A stretch of 64,000 nucleotides of DNA, from NCBI GenBank assembly GCA_965153285.1, contig OZ229121.1; one strand, 5' to 3'. Positions 37,001 to 50,894 of the stretch are shown piece after piece. Each line of letters starts with the position of its first letter. Within the stretch, counting starts at the first letter, position 1. The stretch comes from Podarcis tiliguerta (lineage: Eukaryota). Below the pieces are notes generated by a model. That model was given only the letters and a program-made list of their open reading frames with translations. It was not told the DNA's origin and did not search any database. The position numbers were made by a program, and so were the translations under genes.

Positions 37001-37129
37001 TATGAAAAGGGTTCTGCTCTACTGCATGGGGCTCCATTAAATACTTCCTGGTCCCTTCCAGATCAATTAACTTCTGTGATTCTGACAGCCCACCAGACCC
37101 CTCTAGTCTTCATTACACACATCTCTTAC

Positions 37130-37290
37130 CGTAGTGTATTTGCCCAGCTGGCAGAGAGAAGGGAAGGTTTCCTGGTGAGATTTTCTGATTTTCTCTGTGA
37201 GGTCATCCAACTCTGCCGTCATTTCGTAATTCTCCATAAACTCTTGCTTTAAAGGCTCCTTCTTCTTTTTGTTCCTGTCATTTCTGACAG
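37130..37290 (-). CDS. RARB: RARB 161-nt hinge exon, second (duplicate) copy
   Basis: same as 29382-29542 at offset +7748. Confidence 0.8.
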
Positions 37291-39757
37291 CTGGGAAGGG
37301 GGCAAGAAGGGAGGCAGTTCAAGTATGGCACACTAACCAAAGTCCAACAGCTCTTGGATACAGCAGCAAACAAGCAAAACACACTGAGAGCACCAAAACA
37401 CCACTAAGGAGCAATAAAATACAACGGGGGGTATAGGAAGCTGTCTTCTACCGAGTAAGATCACTGGTCCTTCTAGCTCAGGATCACCTAAACCAGGGTG
37501 GCTAACCTGCACCCATCCAGGTGTTGTTGGACTACAACTCCCAGCAGCCCTCAGGCAGCATGGCCAATGGTGGGGGCTGATGGGAACTGGAGTCTCACAA
37601 GACCAAGCCTTATGAGGAACAGTTGAAGGAGCTGGGTATGTTTAGCCTGGAAAAGAGGAGATATGATAGCCATCTTCAAATATCTCAAGGGCTGTCACGT
37701 GGAAGAGGGAACAAGCTTGTTTTCTCCTGCTCTGGAGGGTAGGACTTGGACCAATGGCTTCAAAGGACCAAAGGAGCTTCCGACTAAACATCAGGAAAAG
37801 CTTTCTGGCAGTAAGAGCTGTTCGACAGTGGGACGGTCTCGCTCGGGAGGTTGTGGACTCTCCTTCCCTGGAGGTTTTGAAGCAGAGGTTGGATGGCCAT
37901 CTGCCATGGATGCTTTAGGTAAGATTCCTGCATTGTAGGGGGTTTATGACCCTTGGGGTTCCTTCCAACCATAACATTGTATGATTCTAAGGTCTAGAGA
38001 ACCACAGGTTAGCCACTCTCAGACTATGCAAACTGGCCATGGCTCAACAGGATTGCAGGCAGGAGTCTTTACCCAGGTCTACCTAGAGATGCTGGGGATT
38101 TGATCTGGGATCGTTTGCACACAAAGTATGAGTTCTACCATTGAGCTGAAGCATCCCACCCCACAACCCCCAATAATAATAATAATAATAATACCCTTCA
38201 TAGTAAATTAACCCAGACTGACATTTTACGGTAAGGTTGTTTCTAATACAGTGCAAAGATCTCTCTTCAGTTATTTATAGGCAAACTGCGTGCAACACAC
38301 GTGATATTACAATATTCATCATTGGCACTGGCCATGGAATCACTTCGTGCTATAAACAAAGGTGTGTGTACCTCTAAGTCGCCTCCTCTTGGAAACTGCA
38401 TTTCAATATGTTTTGCTGCAATTTCCATTTCTATATAGGATCATGATGCTTGGTGACCAATTATCAGTAGATTAACACCAAGATACCAAACTTAGTAGTA
38501 CCACAGGGACAAAAACATTCTAAGTATGGAGTGGATTGAAATTGTGGTTAGGGTAATATATGCATGGGCTGAGGCACTCTGGGGGGATAAACTAAATTAA
38601 CCAGGTGAGCTCTAAAGGGAATAGCGCTACATCTACACTCTGATGGAGGACTAAGCCAACCGTTAATACAATGCAGGCCCCAATGGAATCAGTATACGGA
38701 GTCAGCTACCCATAATCCACAGGAAGCCCCAAATGTGATGTCATTGAATGAGCACTGCACTGGGTCAAATCATGACTGCCTTGCAATAAGTTACCTAGGC
38801 CATCTTAAACAGTGAGAACAAGGCTAAACTACAAACTTGGTTTGCTTGTATAGTCAATGAGAGGAGTGTAAATGGAAAATTAAGATCCAAGGGTGGTTAA
38901 AATGTTGGACCAGGACTTCATTGGTATTTGGTTGCCCACTATGTTAATGGCTATTCTCCTGCTGCCCTTAAAATTGTTTTCTGTGAATCTTTTGGAACTC
39001 ATTTTATGGACTGTGTAGTACGGAGACAGGCTCAAATCCACCTGTCCCTTTTTCTCTCTCTAGGAATAGGTAACCAGTTCACCCACAGAGAGATTCCAGC
39101 CCACACCATCTGAAAAGACCTTCCTCAGAGGGACGTGAACTGTATGGCAAAATAAAGCCAGGACTGCAGCCAAGCCCATCACCCAATAGCAGAAAAGAAA
39201 CACAGAAACACACACACACACAAAGCAATTCCCATCTGAATCATCTGGTCTCTGGGAGTTCTTGGCAGCAGCTCGCAAGATTGCCCTAAATAAGGTGTTT
39301 GTGTTCTACAAGCTGTTCCAAGCTATTGAGCTAAGTAGCTGCTGAGACCTTATGTTTAGCAAATGTGTCAATCAGCACACAGAAATATATGCAAATGGAG
39401 CTCTATGGCAAGAGGCCTGCTGCTCCTTGCAGTGGGAGAGGAGTTTACATAACAAGGAAGCAGGGCAATTCTACTGCCTTGGCACAACGCTGCGTTTACT
39501 AGGCTTGACCATCAGCATCTAGCTAGCTGTTGTCCATCATGCACTCTGGAAAGGCACAGGAGCCACGTTAGAAGAAAGGTGGCAACCCCATAGGCCACTG
39601 CTGTTGTTGTTGGGGGTCAAACATATGTCCTGTGTGTCTGAAGTCACAGGTGGGCAACATCATTTTTGGGTGGCGTGAGTTAGATTTGTGTTCTGAAGCA
39701 GTACGGGGAACCTGAGTTGATGGAAAGGGAGGTGAAATATTACACTGACAGCTAACA

Positions 39758-40105
39758 CATCCCTCCAGGTGTCCCTATTTTCTAGGGACAGTCCCGGATT
39801 TGCAGAAGCCATCCCAGTTTCTGATGTGATCCCAGAATGTCCCACTTTTCCTTAGGATGTCCCTATTTTCATCCAAGAAATGTTGGAGGGTATGGAGTTA
39901 TCTGACCCCCATGCCATCTGAAGGCAGCCCTGTATAGGGAATGCTTTTAATGTTTAATGCTGTATTATGTTTTTATATATGTTGGAAGTTGCCTCAAGTG
40001 GCTGAGGCAACACAGTCAGATAGGTGGGGTAAAAATAGAATGATGATGATGATGATGATGGTGACAGATGCCCTTATTTTCATCAGAGGAATGTTGGAGG
40101 GTATG
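39758..40105. mobile_element. composite hAT MITE with duplicated right terminus and captured L2 tail
   Basis: CATCCCTCCA / TGGAGGGTATG TIR, TSD agctaaca/agctaaaa; inner right end at 39894. Confidence 0.75.
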
Positions 40106-41732
40106 AGCTAAAACACCCTTTAAGTCATGCCTTTTAATGTAATTATGCTATCAAAAAAGCCCCACCCTTTAATGTCAGGCACACTTAAAGCTGCTATCCT
40201 GCAAACACTTACTTGGGAGTAAGCCCCGCTGATCTAAATGGGGCATACATTTGAGTAGAAATGCATAAAATCTGCACTGTAAGAAAGTCAGTCAGATGAA
40301 GCGATAATTTAGCACCTTGCGCAATTTATTGAAAATGGTGAGGTGCAATTTTGAAGGGTGTAAAGAACTTCTGGACGAAGAAAGCAATACACATACTCAG
40401 TGATATTGCCATTTCAACGTAAAAGTCAATGGCAAGACTCTTCTACAGGCCAGGGAATTAAATAAACATACAAAAATCAGTAAATTCCAAGCTAGTGTTC
40501 CCAGAGTGACTGTAACTGCCGTGCTGTGCAAATACAGAATATGTGATTATGCTGTATATTGTATTTTATATAAGTTATATCTTCCCAAAGCTAGTTATCT
40601 CTGCACAAATCCCAAGTGCAAGATCATGGGCTTTAATGAAGTCACACCAACTATGAATCTAACTATTGTATTTAACATGCCTGGAGTAATGTTGATATAA
40701 GAATTCGTTATAGCCATTAAATACTTAGGACTCAAGTGCTGCAGTATTTCATCGTTCCACTGAGTGTGTTGAATGGGAGGCAGAATGCTTTGGAGAGCCA
40801 GGCTATTAAAGGGGAAACACTGGCACATATTTACATACTGGGTGTATATAGCTGCACTCACACATGTTTACGTTTTATAACGTATCTATCCCTACATGCA
40901 GGGCCAGCCCTAGACATTTTGGCACCTGAGGCAAACCACAAAACCATGTCCCCCTGTCAGGTAAAGAGGAGTGAGTGAAGAACAGCGGGAAGAACCAAAT
41001 CAACTTTACACAGTGGTTGAAGTGGGAACCAAAGGCTGCCACCAGGGGGAAAGGGGGTTCCTCTGAATTCCACCAGATGGGTGTAGACCCTAGGGTACAA
41101 GACAACAGTCCACACCATTTTCTCCCGGGGAGGAGACCAGCAATGCCTCCTAATCACCAAGAGACTTCTGTAGAGGCAGCATGGGGGTAATGACCGCTCC
41201 CCACATCAAATGGGGGGCGCCTTTTGCGTGGTTGAGCGCAGCCCCAAGGATCCCAGTGCGGCTTCCAGTAGTATGGGCTGGCTCCGCCCTCCCCGGCTGG
41301 ATACCTGGAGGTCTCCGCCTACCTCAGCCAATCGCCCAATCCTGCCTGGGGAGGCATTGCCAGGGGATCAGCCAGGTAGGGAGAGGGACCGCTCTGCCCA
41401 CACAACGGAAGGTGAATCTTACCTGCAAAGCATGAGTTGGCTCCAGACCTTCTCCCACCCTGCCCTCCCTCAGTTAAGCCTTCTTTTGCAGGTTAACCTC
41501 TTCTCCACAGGTATGTGGGTGCTGCTATGTCATGGTTGTTGTTGAAGGGCTGGAAAGGAATTTTCCTGCATTGGCAGGTTTTGCCTTTCCCATAGCAAAA
41601 CATCACAACTTTGGCGGTTTCAGGCCTTGGGCAGAATCCTTTAGCATATCTTCCCTAAATGGGGGAAGGGTTTGACGCAGTGACCCACGGCCCCTTTTTG
41701 GCAGTGATCCCAGAGTTCCCCGTTAAGGGGGT

Positions 41733-41874
41733 CTTTCAGAAGACATCTGAAGGCAGCCCTGTTTAGGGAAGTTTTTATTGGTTTATGTTTTATTATGTTT
41801 TTAATATTCTGTTGGGAGCTGCCCAGAGTGGCTGGGTAGGCCTGGCCAGATGGGCAGGGTATAAGTAATAAATA

Positions 41875-41926
<52 letters not shown>
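41733..41926 (+). mobile_element. L2 3' tail with (ATT)n microsatellite
   Basis: agacatctgaaggcagccctgtttagggaag...cccagagtggctggg tail. Confidence 0.85.
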
Positions 41927-41927
<1 letters not shown>

Positions 41928-44273
41928 ACTTCTTGAAGTCTGCCACCTTGCTGTTTCCTACATTTCTCCCCTATTATGTTCTTTTTCATCACTTCCTCTT
42001 AAGATATGCTGAATTTGCCTTAAGGGGGGGGGGGGGAGATTAAGATGATCAGCTTGGGCTTAGTGCCAGAATCTGGTAATAGCTGTACATTTCATTTATG
42101 ATTTACAGACTACCCTCACTATTGGAAAGGAAACTCCCAAGCAGGAGTTTATAGACTGCGAGAGCAGGCAGAAGGAAGGAAGGAACATCCTTCCTTCTCC
42201 CGGGTTCTTCTTAAGAAACAAGTTTATGCTTTCACTCTTGGTGCCAAAATGGCAGCACTGGAAGGGAAAGGTGTGTGTGTGTGGCAACCTCAGAACCTAT
42301 CCTTCTGGGGGCACGAAAGGATGGTGCTCTCTCTCACCCAAAGAGGGAGACTTGTCAAGGAGCCCAGTCTGCAGGGGACATGTTAGGAGGGGAGAGTACC
42401 TCTTCAAACAGTCTCTTGTTTCAGTTAAGACGTTAGTCAAGAATGTGGTACACAAAATAATCATGTGCAGGACTGCATGGCATTTGGCTGAGGTGAAGAC
42501 GAATAACTTCTAGGTTTAAAATTCATCATGGGCACGCACACACACACACAAATCACATGCAAATAGTACCAAAGATTTAATGAAGGGTGTAAGATGCCTG
42601 ACAAAAACTATTGGGATTATTATTATTATTATTATATTAAGGAAAACCAGGTGACACTAACTGATACATACACAAGGCACCCACAAAGATAAGGCTAATA
42701 TGCACATTTTAAAAACACAAACATCCTAACTGAATTTTCACACTGATACATTTAGAATATAATATACACTGAATATATCTAGGGGCTTGATACATTCAGA
42801 TATATTGGAGGCTTCCTACATCACAATTTCAATGATGTTTGAAATGAGATGTTATAGAGTACTGTATAAATATTCAGTACATGCAGACACGTATTAAAGT
42901 AAAGCACATCGCAAAAAATACAATATAATAAAATATATTGTGTAGTATCCAGAACTATCTGAACCAGCTTCCGAAAATGTGAAGAGAGATTTGTTTTTTT
43001 CTCTTTCCCCTCACCCCAAGCCTCCTGCAGCCCCTGAAATCTGTTCCGCTAGTGAACAGACATCTTTTCCAGTTATGCATTGAGTTATTCTACAGATGCA
43101 AATCAAAATTAAGGTACTGGAAACTGGTACACTGTTGGTTTTCTCTAGGTGCAAATATGAGGCAAAGCCCTCAATGCTTCCACACTTAAAGACATTTCTT
43201 TAGTAGATTTGTCCTTGCTAATTTTTAGCATCCTAGAAAGGAGGCAGTAAGCTTTGGAGGAAACCAAAATGCTTTAAAGGACTCGGACAACGCATGAGCC
43301 ATGTGTACATCACAATTTCTAGACCCTGCCAACAACACAGAGAGACTGAATTCTGTCTGGTTTCCATGTACTTTTCATTCATTACATAATTCTTGCTATA
43401 TTGCTATAAACTTGATCTATTATAACCTTCAGTACTGTACATTAAATGACATTGAAAATTAGATTATTCTGATTATTAGAGAAGTGAAAAAGGTACTAAA
43501 CATCTGTAAGCCTCATAATCAATCACTGTATCCATCCGAGTGCAATAAAAATCAATCAGGAGCTAGTGCATTTAAATCTAATTTTTTAAGCATGACATTT
43601 CCCTCCAAGTTTCTTTCTTTAAATGTCACCCTTTTCTAGTACAATGATTGATTCTATCCCCAGGGACAGCCCGTGAACACGAGCAGTTTCATCTACTCTG
43701 TGGAACAGATATTACCCCCTAAATATAAAAAAAATAACAGTGAGCACTACATTTTCCTTAAGCAAAGAGATATTAGTACTAATTGCTAGATGCTGAATTA
43801 TCAGGTACAAGTGGTTAAAACACATCCTGGTCATTTTCACTGTCAACATTCTGTGTATTTTTATAGAAAACAGATTAATGCATCACAGTGCTGGTTTTCT
43901 CCTAGAGAAATAGAGGCAGTCATTCAAAATAAAAGCTTATGTGGATTTTTAAGCATGGAGTGGAATAATTAAGTTAAAGTGAACAATGAATTGCCATTAT
44001 TAGGCTGCTATTAGGCAGAAGACACACCCATAATTAGGGATACGTGAAGTTTTCCATTTCAGTTTCTCATTTGTCAAATCAAAAATTCAGTTCTTTTTAT
44101 TTCCACATCAGTTTGTGAGATAGTTAGTTGGGTTTTTTTTTAAGTCCTCATGAAAATTCACCAGTGTTAACTGTTTGTATGCAATTCTGTCTAAAATAGT
44201 CTGCAATACTATCATTGCTAAGAGTACCCAAATTCAAAACTGTCATCTAAGAGCAAAGTCCCGACGCATAGTC

Positions 44274-44408
44274 CAGGCATAGGCAAACTCGGCCCTCCAG
44301 ATATTTTGGGACTACAAGTCCCATCATCCATGACCACTGGTCCTGTTAGCTAGGGATGATGGGAGTTGTAGTCCCAAAACATCTGGAGGGTGAGTTTGCC
44401 TATGCCTG
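44274..44408. mobile_element. palindromic hAT MITE (ggactacaactcccatcatccc family; degraded copies near 2792-2920, 7566-7702, 17985-18095)
   Basis: CAGGCATAGGCAAACTC TIR, long internal palindrome, TSD gcatagtc/tcatagtc. Confidence 0.88.
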
Positions 44409-45263
44409 TCATAGTCCCAACAACGGCTTGGGCTCTCTTTTATTAAAATCAATATTCCTGATGCATAGAGATTCCCAGTTTTGCCCACCTCACAAGTGAG
44501 AACATGGAAACCTCTGCAGATCCAAAACTCTGCCTATCTTTTGGAGCCGCTTGGTTATGGCACAATTCCTTAATGTGGGATGAGCTCTGATATCATTTTG
44601 ATTGGAAGTGCTCACTGCTCACACACGTTACAATATATACATGCATGATCTTTTCTGCCCGGTCTACAAAAAGAACGACAGCTGCCTTGAAACAACAACA
44701 ACCACCATTTGGGCTGCAATCCTACACCTGCAAGTTTACCTGGCTGTTAAGTCCCTTTAAACTCCATGACGCTTACATCTGAGTAGACATGTATAGGCTT
44801 TGACTGTTAGTTTCCATTGAGAAATCTGAAAAATTCCAAGTATTTAAACTCTGAGACAGAGGCCACGAGAATGTCATTAGTAAGTTGTCTCATCCGATTC
44901 CAGCTGCTCAAATGCCCTTTGGACTTATGGTTTTGAAATCTGGAACAGCAATTTTCATGGACAGTGGATTACAGGAATAAATAGCCAAATTTGACCTTCC
45001 TAGCATACATCACTCAAAGGTTGGTCATCTAAGAATGTATGGATATTACATTAATGCTCCCTAAAAGTCAGGAGAAAGCCTCCTAATTTGGAGAAATGAA
45101 GGTTTCCAGAGATCAGCAGATCAGTTTATTGGATTTTTGAAATGAGAAAACATTGATAGTAACTGAGTGCACTGCCTGATATCAACCCTCTGTTGATAGT
45201 AATTAGCTTAATTTTACATGCTTAGCCTTGTTTAGGCTAATAAAAATAGACTTGAATAAAGTA

Positions 45264-45512
45264 CAGTCATACCTTGAAAGTCGAACAGCTGAGTTCTCAA
45301 ACGTTTTGGCTCCCTAACATTGCAAACCTGGAAGTGACTGTTCCATTTTGCAAACTATTTTTGGAAATAGAACGTCCGACGGGGCTTCCACAGCTTCCGA
45401 TTGGCTGCTGGAGCTTCCTGCAGCCAATCAGAAGCCGCGCTTTGGTTTTGAGCGTTTTGGAAGTCGAACGGACTTCTGGAACGGATTCCATTTGATTTCC
45501 AAGGTACGACTG
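45264..45512. mobile_element. Tigger-like MITE
   Basis: TA-CAGTCATACCTTG...CAAGGTACGACTG-TA. Confidence 0.85.
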
Positions 45513-45661
45513 TACTTCGTAACATTTAGCACTTGGATAGATGGAACATTCTGTTTTTGCTCTTTATCAGTTTCATTCTGTCCCATTTCCACATTAATTT
45601 GCATTCTAATTAATTTATTTACTTTTTTAAAAAACCCACAGAAATGTTGTTTGAGCAAGTA

Positions 45662-46025
45662 AAAAGGTAAAGGACGCCTGAGAGTCAAGTCCAGCTGCGA
45701 ACGACTCTGGGGTTGCAGCGCTCATCTCACTTTACTGGCCAAGGGAGCTGGCATTTGTCCACAGACAGTTTTTCCGGGTCATGTGGCCAGCATGACTGAG
45801 CCACTTCTGGCGAAACCAGAGCAGCGCAAGGAAATGCCGTTTACTGTCCTGCCGGAGCGGTACCTATTTATCTACTTGCACTTTGACGTGCTTTCAAACT
45901 GCTAGGTTGGCAGGAGCTGGGACTGAGAAACGGGAGCTCACCCCGTCGTGAGGATTCAAACCACTGACCTTCCGATCGGCAAGCCCTAGGCTCAGTGGTT
46001 TAGACCACAGTGCCACCTGTGTCCC
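45662..46025 (-). mobile_element. Sauria SINE
   Basis: full-length; 14-bp TSD tgtttgagcaagta (45648-45661, 46026-46039). Confidence 0.93.
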
Positions 46026-46874
46026 TGTTTGAGCAAGTACAGGATTTCAAAGTTTGGAGAAATGCATGATCCAAAGAAAAATTATGTCCCACCCTATTCA
46101 TTAGGTGCAGATCAGTTACTTCAAATCAGAATTCACAGAAATCGTATTCCTCAAGCATTCCTAATGCAACCTACAATTCTTTTTTAAAAAATGAAATAAA
46201 AGATATTAAACAACAGATGTTCTTATTTCAAACAACTGATGCAAACAGTCAAATAATAAAAAGTGGAGAATTATTCTCATTCCTTGAACTTACAGAAGTG
46301 TTGCTTCTGAGAATATCAGACATACCTTGCCTTCATGAAAAGGAGGGCCATTGCATTCAATAAGCAATCGCTTTGTCCTTGAACTTTTGCTGTGCACTTG
46401 GAGATGGAGTGACATATAACAGGCTCGGAAGCAATGTGCTGTTTGTGATGTCCATGCAATAAAGAACATGTCATCTCCACTCAAGTTGTTCTTATGAAAT
46501 GATGCAATGTAATGGCTTAGACTGTGAGCTTTAAAAAAGGAAGTTGCTGGTTCAAATCTCATACTACGATTCACGGGATGCTCTTATGATAGCCACAATC
46601 ACTCAGTTCTCTGTTTATAATTAACTTAATTATTGTAGTGCATACATAGGGGGTATGCATTTCAAAATGATCACAAGAATGCAGAATAATTGTCACTGTA
46701 AGCATGAGAATACTGAACATTTTGCAGAGATTCGCTTACTGATTTGATTTGGGCTGATCTGTTTTTCTAAATGTTAATAGTTTGGTTCCCTAAGGACTCA
46801 TAGTCTAGGATGAATGGAACCTGTGGTCTTCCAAATGTTGGACTATGGTTCCTATTATCCCTGATCATAATCCA

Positions 46875-47021
46875 CAGGGGTGCCAACCTGAATAAAGTAT
46901 TAAATAATCGCACACACAGTGTACACACACATTTTAATGGCAATGCCCATCAACTTTTGGGGAAGGCCATCCTCTCAAATATTTTATTTGGGACCTCAGG
47001 CCCCAGAAACTGGCTCCTGTG
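46875..47021. mobile_element. hAT MITE of the 63728 family (inverted), nested in a palindromic MITE (about 46805-47095)
   Basis: caggggtgccaacctgaataaa start; internal match to 63800 region. Confidence 0.7.
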
Positions 47022-47168
47022 ATTGACCATGGTGGATGGGACTGATGGGACTTGTAGTGCAACAATAACTGAAGGACCACAGTTACCACCCCTAGTCTAA
47101 GACAACTGAATGGTTTGACAGACAAAAGAGACAAGGGAAATGAAATGACATTGTTAATTTTAAACATA

Positions 47169-47519
47169 AAAGGTAAAGGGACCCCTGACCATTAGGTCCA
47201 GTCGTGGCCAACTCTGGGGTTGCGGCGCTCATCTCGCTTTATTGGCCGAGGGAGCCGGTGTACAGCTGCCGGGTCATGTGGCCAGCATGACTAAGCCGCT
47301 TCTGGCGAACCAGAGCAGTGCACGGAAATGCCGTTTACCTTCCCGCTGGAGCAGTACCTATTTATCTACTTGCACTTTGATGTGCTTTCGAACTGCTAGG
47401 TTGGCAGGAGCAGGGTCCGAACAACAGGAGCTCACCCCGTCGTGGGGATTCAAACCGCCGACCTTCTGATTGGCAAGTCCTAGGCTCTGTGGTTTAACCC
47501 ACAGCGCCACCCATGTCCC
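47169..47519 (-). mobile_element. Sauria SINE
   Basis: full-length; 13-bp TSD aattttaaacata. Confidence 0.93.
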
Positions 47520-47675
47520 AATTTTAAACATAGTGTAAAACAATAGTTTCAGTCGGGATTGTGCATTATAGATCACTACAACTGCTAGGAAGTCCATCTT
47601 TCCAAAGGTGGAATGTTTATTAGAAATCCAATTTTTAGCAATCTGAAGCTGTGTACACACCATACATTTAAAGTA

Positions 47676-47903
47676 CACTGGTAACTCGGGCTACAAATAG
47701 TCCTGCTTACAAACGCTTTGGGTTACGAACTCTACAAACCTGGAAGGTGTCCCGGGTTGCGAACTTTGCCCCAGGATACGAACACAATCTGCTTCCGGGG
47801 CCGCGGGAGGCCTATGTAGGGAATGTGTGCCTTGGGTTAAGAATGCTTCGGGTTAAGAACGGACTTCCAGAACGAATTAAGTTCGTAGCCCAAGGTACCA
47901 CTG
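47676..47903. mobile_element. Tigger-like MITE, related subfamily
   Basis: TA-cactggtaactcgggctac...gtagcccaaggtaccactg-TA. Confidence 0.8.
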
Positions 47904-48540
47904 TACATGGTCCCCCCCAAAAAAACCCCTTGAGAACTGCAGTTTACCCCTAAGAAAGCTACAATTACAAACCACAGCTCCCATATGTATGGTGTTTTCA
48001 TTGTCCCAACCCTAACTTTGCAAATAGTGTGCTGTGAATAATGAAGATTTGACCAACTTTATCAATACAGCACATTTTATTTCTTGCACTTGTAAACCAG
48101 ATGCTCTAGAAACACCCTTTCTTGACCTCAACGCTTGTAGAACTTGATCACTTCAACACTCCTACACCAATTTAACTTGGTTCAATAGAAAGAAAAAGAT
48201 TTTCCTACTTTGTCCTATCCAACATGCAATCTCCAATCTATTGTGCTACAATGATATTTTATAATAATTATTCCCCAATCCCATCTACATCAATGGATAC
48301 TATTAATGCCTGCAAATATCTGCAGAAACATGCATTCCAGATGAAAATCTTAGCAACCAGATACCAAAATTGCTCTACGCCAATGGTTTATGATTTAAAA
48401 CCTGTTCAAATGTGCTTCCACCCCCCAGCCGATTCAGCTGTGATCCTAAGGAATATCTCAAGCCAGTAATTATCAGACTGGTTTAAAAGTTGCAGTTTGC
48501 AACATATGGTCCAGAATCTCCAAAATTCTCATTTGATCTA

Positions 48541-48806
48541 CAGTGGTGCCTCGCAAGACGAAATTAATTCATTCTGCGAGTTTTTTCATTCTACGAGTTT
48601 TTTCGTCTTGCGAAGCACCAATGTGTATTGACGGTTTCCCATAGGAATGCATTGGCAGTTAAAAAAAAAAAAAAGCGCAAGACGTTTCGTCTTGCGAAGC
48701 AAGCCCATAGGGAAATCCGTCTTGCGAAGCAGCTCAGAAAATGAAAAACTCTTTCGTCTTGCGAGTTTTTCATTTTCTGAGGCATTCGTCTTGTGGGGCA
48801 CCACTG
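48541..48806. mobile_element. Tigger-like MITE with repeated TTCGTCTTGCGA motifs
   Basis: TA-CAGTGGTGCCTCGCAAGACGAA TIR; related copy at 63038-63371. Confidence 0.88.
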
Positions 48807-50536
48807 TACTGATAATCTTCTCACTTTTCACTTTCTGCTATACTGTTTCAAGTGAAATAGTTTTAAGAGTAACAAAGGCTGATCTAATTTACTGATCAAA
48901 ACAAGTGGCAAAGGAGACATGGTGGGGGACAGTTGTTTCTGGAAACAATGCATTTTTCAAAAGGAGAGTGTATTATTTTTTTGGGTTGATTTAAATTCAA
49001 CATTATTACAGAAGATCCTGGATAATTTCAACGGGGAGACTTATTGCAAACCAGGAAGCTTGTTCCAATAAGGCAAAGAAGCAGCAGTCCACCACAGAGT
49101 TAACTCAATAAAACGATGCTTTCTACTTGGATTAACTGACCCAGTTTCCAGACTCCTGCATGGAAAACAAAAGATGAAACTTGGGTATTATACAGAATGG
49201 AAAGCAAAGGACAGGGTGTTCCAGCTCACTGAAGGCAGACCCTTTCCCCTCGAGCCTGTTGTCTGGTTTCAACAAGTGGCCACTCATTAGATGATGGTGG
49301 TGGCCCACAAGGAGGCCTGAGCTGGTCGTAATTTACATCACAAACGACTGCACATGGTATGGTATAATTTGGCAGAGCTGCTGATCTCTACTCCCAGGAA
49401 AGAAGAATGCATGGCCGATGATCCTGCTCTCTCAGGGCAAAACCACTCAAGCTGATAGTACAAGTTTCACCAGGGAAGTCTTGGGGATGCAACTGGTCCA
49501 TACTTCATAAAAAGGAACTTTTAATCAGAATTAAAGAGATCAGAAACAGGCCATGGAATTTGGCAAATCTTTCTGTTCTCCAGAACGCAAGCATACCTAT
49601 CTTCTTCAGAATACTTTCACAGGAATAATATCCCACTTTCAGAAGGCCCTCCCCCTTGAGATTTGGCTGGCACCAGTTCCAGCACCTTTCAATGGGCACC
49701 ACTGCCACTCTAAGAGAACGATGGAGGTGTTCGTGGTGAGTTCCTACACCTCTTTTTCTAGAAAAATAGCACTGACTGGCACAAAGGTGACTCATCTTTC
49801 ACCAGCAGCTAAAGACCTTCCTCTTCCTCCATGCATTCCAGGTATGCATGCATTTGGCCTGCACAATGTTATAGAGATCAGTGTTCGCATTTAAGCACAA
49901 CTGATTATTCTGTTTGTTTTAATAGCATTGTATTTTGTGCCTTTACACTGTTGTTACACGTCGTTAATTCATTTATGATGAATGGAAGGGTATAAAGTCT
50001 AACCATAACAACAACTAATAATAGTGCTGTCACCGAAAGAAGTGAAGCAACACCCTTTTCTGTAATTTTTCATTTCTAAAAAAAGAGAGAGATGATATTA
50101 TTCACTCCATGTTATGTACTGCAGAATAACTATAACTTCAGCTCAATTTCAAATCAGTATTCCGTATTGCTACTGAACATAATGTTATCATAGTTAATGA
50201 ATAAAGGTCATTTGCCTTCGATGGAAGTAAGTCAGTTTGTTGTTTTAATGCGAAAGTGTACCCACTATTCACTGCGCACACCAGCTGACGCACAAATCAG
50301 ACATGCACGATCACATTCGTGTACCATTATTTGTTTTAAAAATATGGATGTGGGGGCTACGATTTTTTTTATGAAATGTAAAGATACAGAAATATGACAC
50401 TACATTCAAGGCTGCAATTCTGATCTCACTGAGTCCAATACAACTTACATCTGAGCAGGCATGATGAGGATTGCTTACTGTAAACATATAAACTAGTCTG
50501 GGTCTTCAGAGAGCTGTGTAGAGTAGACTGTCAGAC

Positions 50537-50894
50537 TAAGGTAAAGGTAAAGGGACCCTTGACCATTAGGTCCAGTTGTGACCGACTCTGGGGTTGCGGC
50601 ACTCATCTCGCTTTATTGGCAGAGGGAGCCGGTGTACCATTTCCAGGTTATGTGGCCAGCATGACTAAGCCGCTTCTGGTGAACCAGAGCAGCGCACGGA
50701 AACGCCGTTTACCTTCCCACCAGAGCGGTACCTATTTATCTACTTGCACTTTGATGTGCTTTCGAACTGCTGGGTTGGCAGGAGCAGGGACCGAGCAACG
50801 GGAGCTCACCCCGTCGCGGGGATTCGAACCGCCGACCTTCTGATCGGCAAGTCCTAGGCTCTGTGGTTTAACCCACAGCGCCACCCGCGTCTCC
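50537..50894 (-). mobile_element. Sauria SINE inserted in an older tRNA/CORE-like SINE (about 50510-51030, +)
   Basis: 11-bp TSD gactgtcagac; host shows ggttcaaatcc B box and ctaacctacctcactgggttgttg core-like segment. Confidence 0.9.

Noticed and set aside
48541-48806. CRISPR-like spaced repeats (TTCGTCTTGCGA)
   Set aside because: Eukaryotic MITE with TIRs and TA TSD; repeats are short, irregularly spaced and in both orientations.
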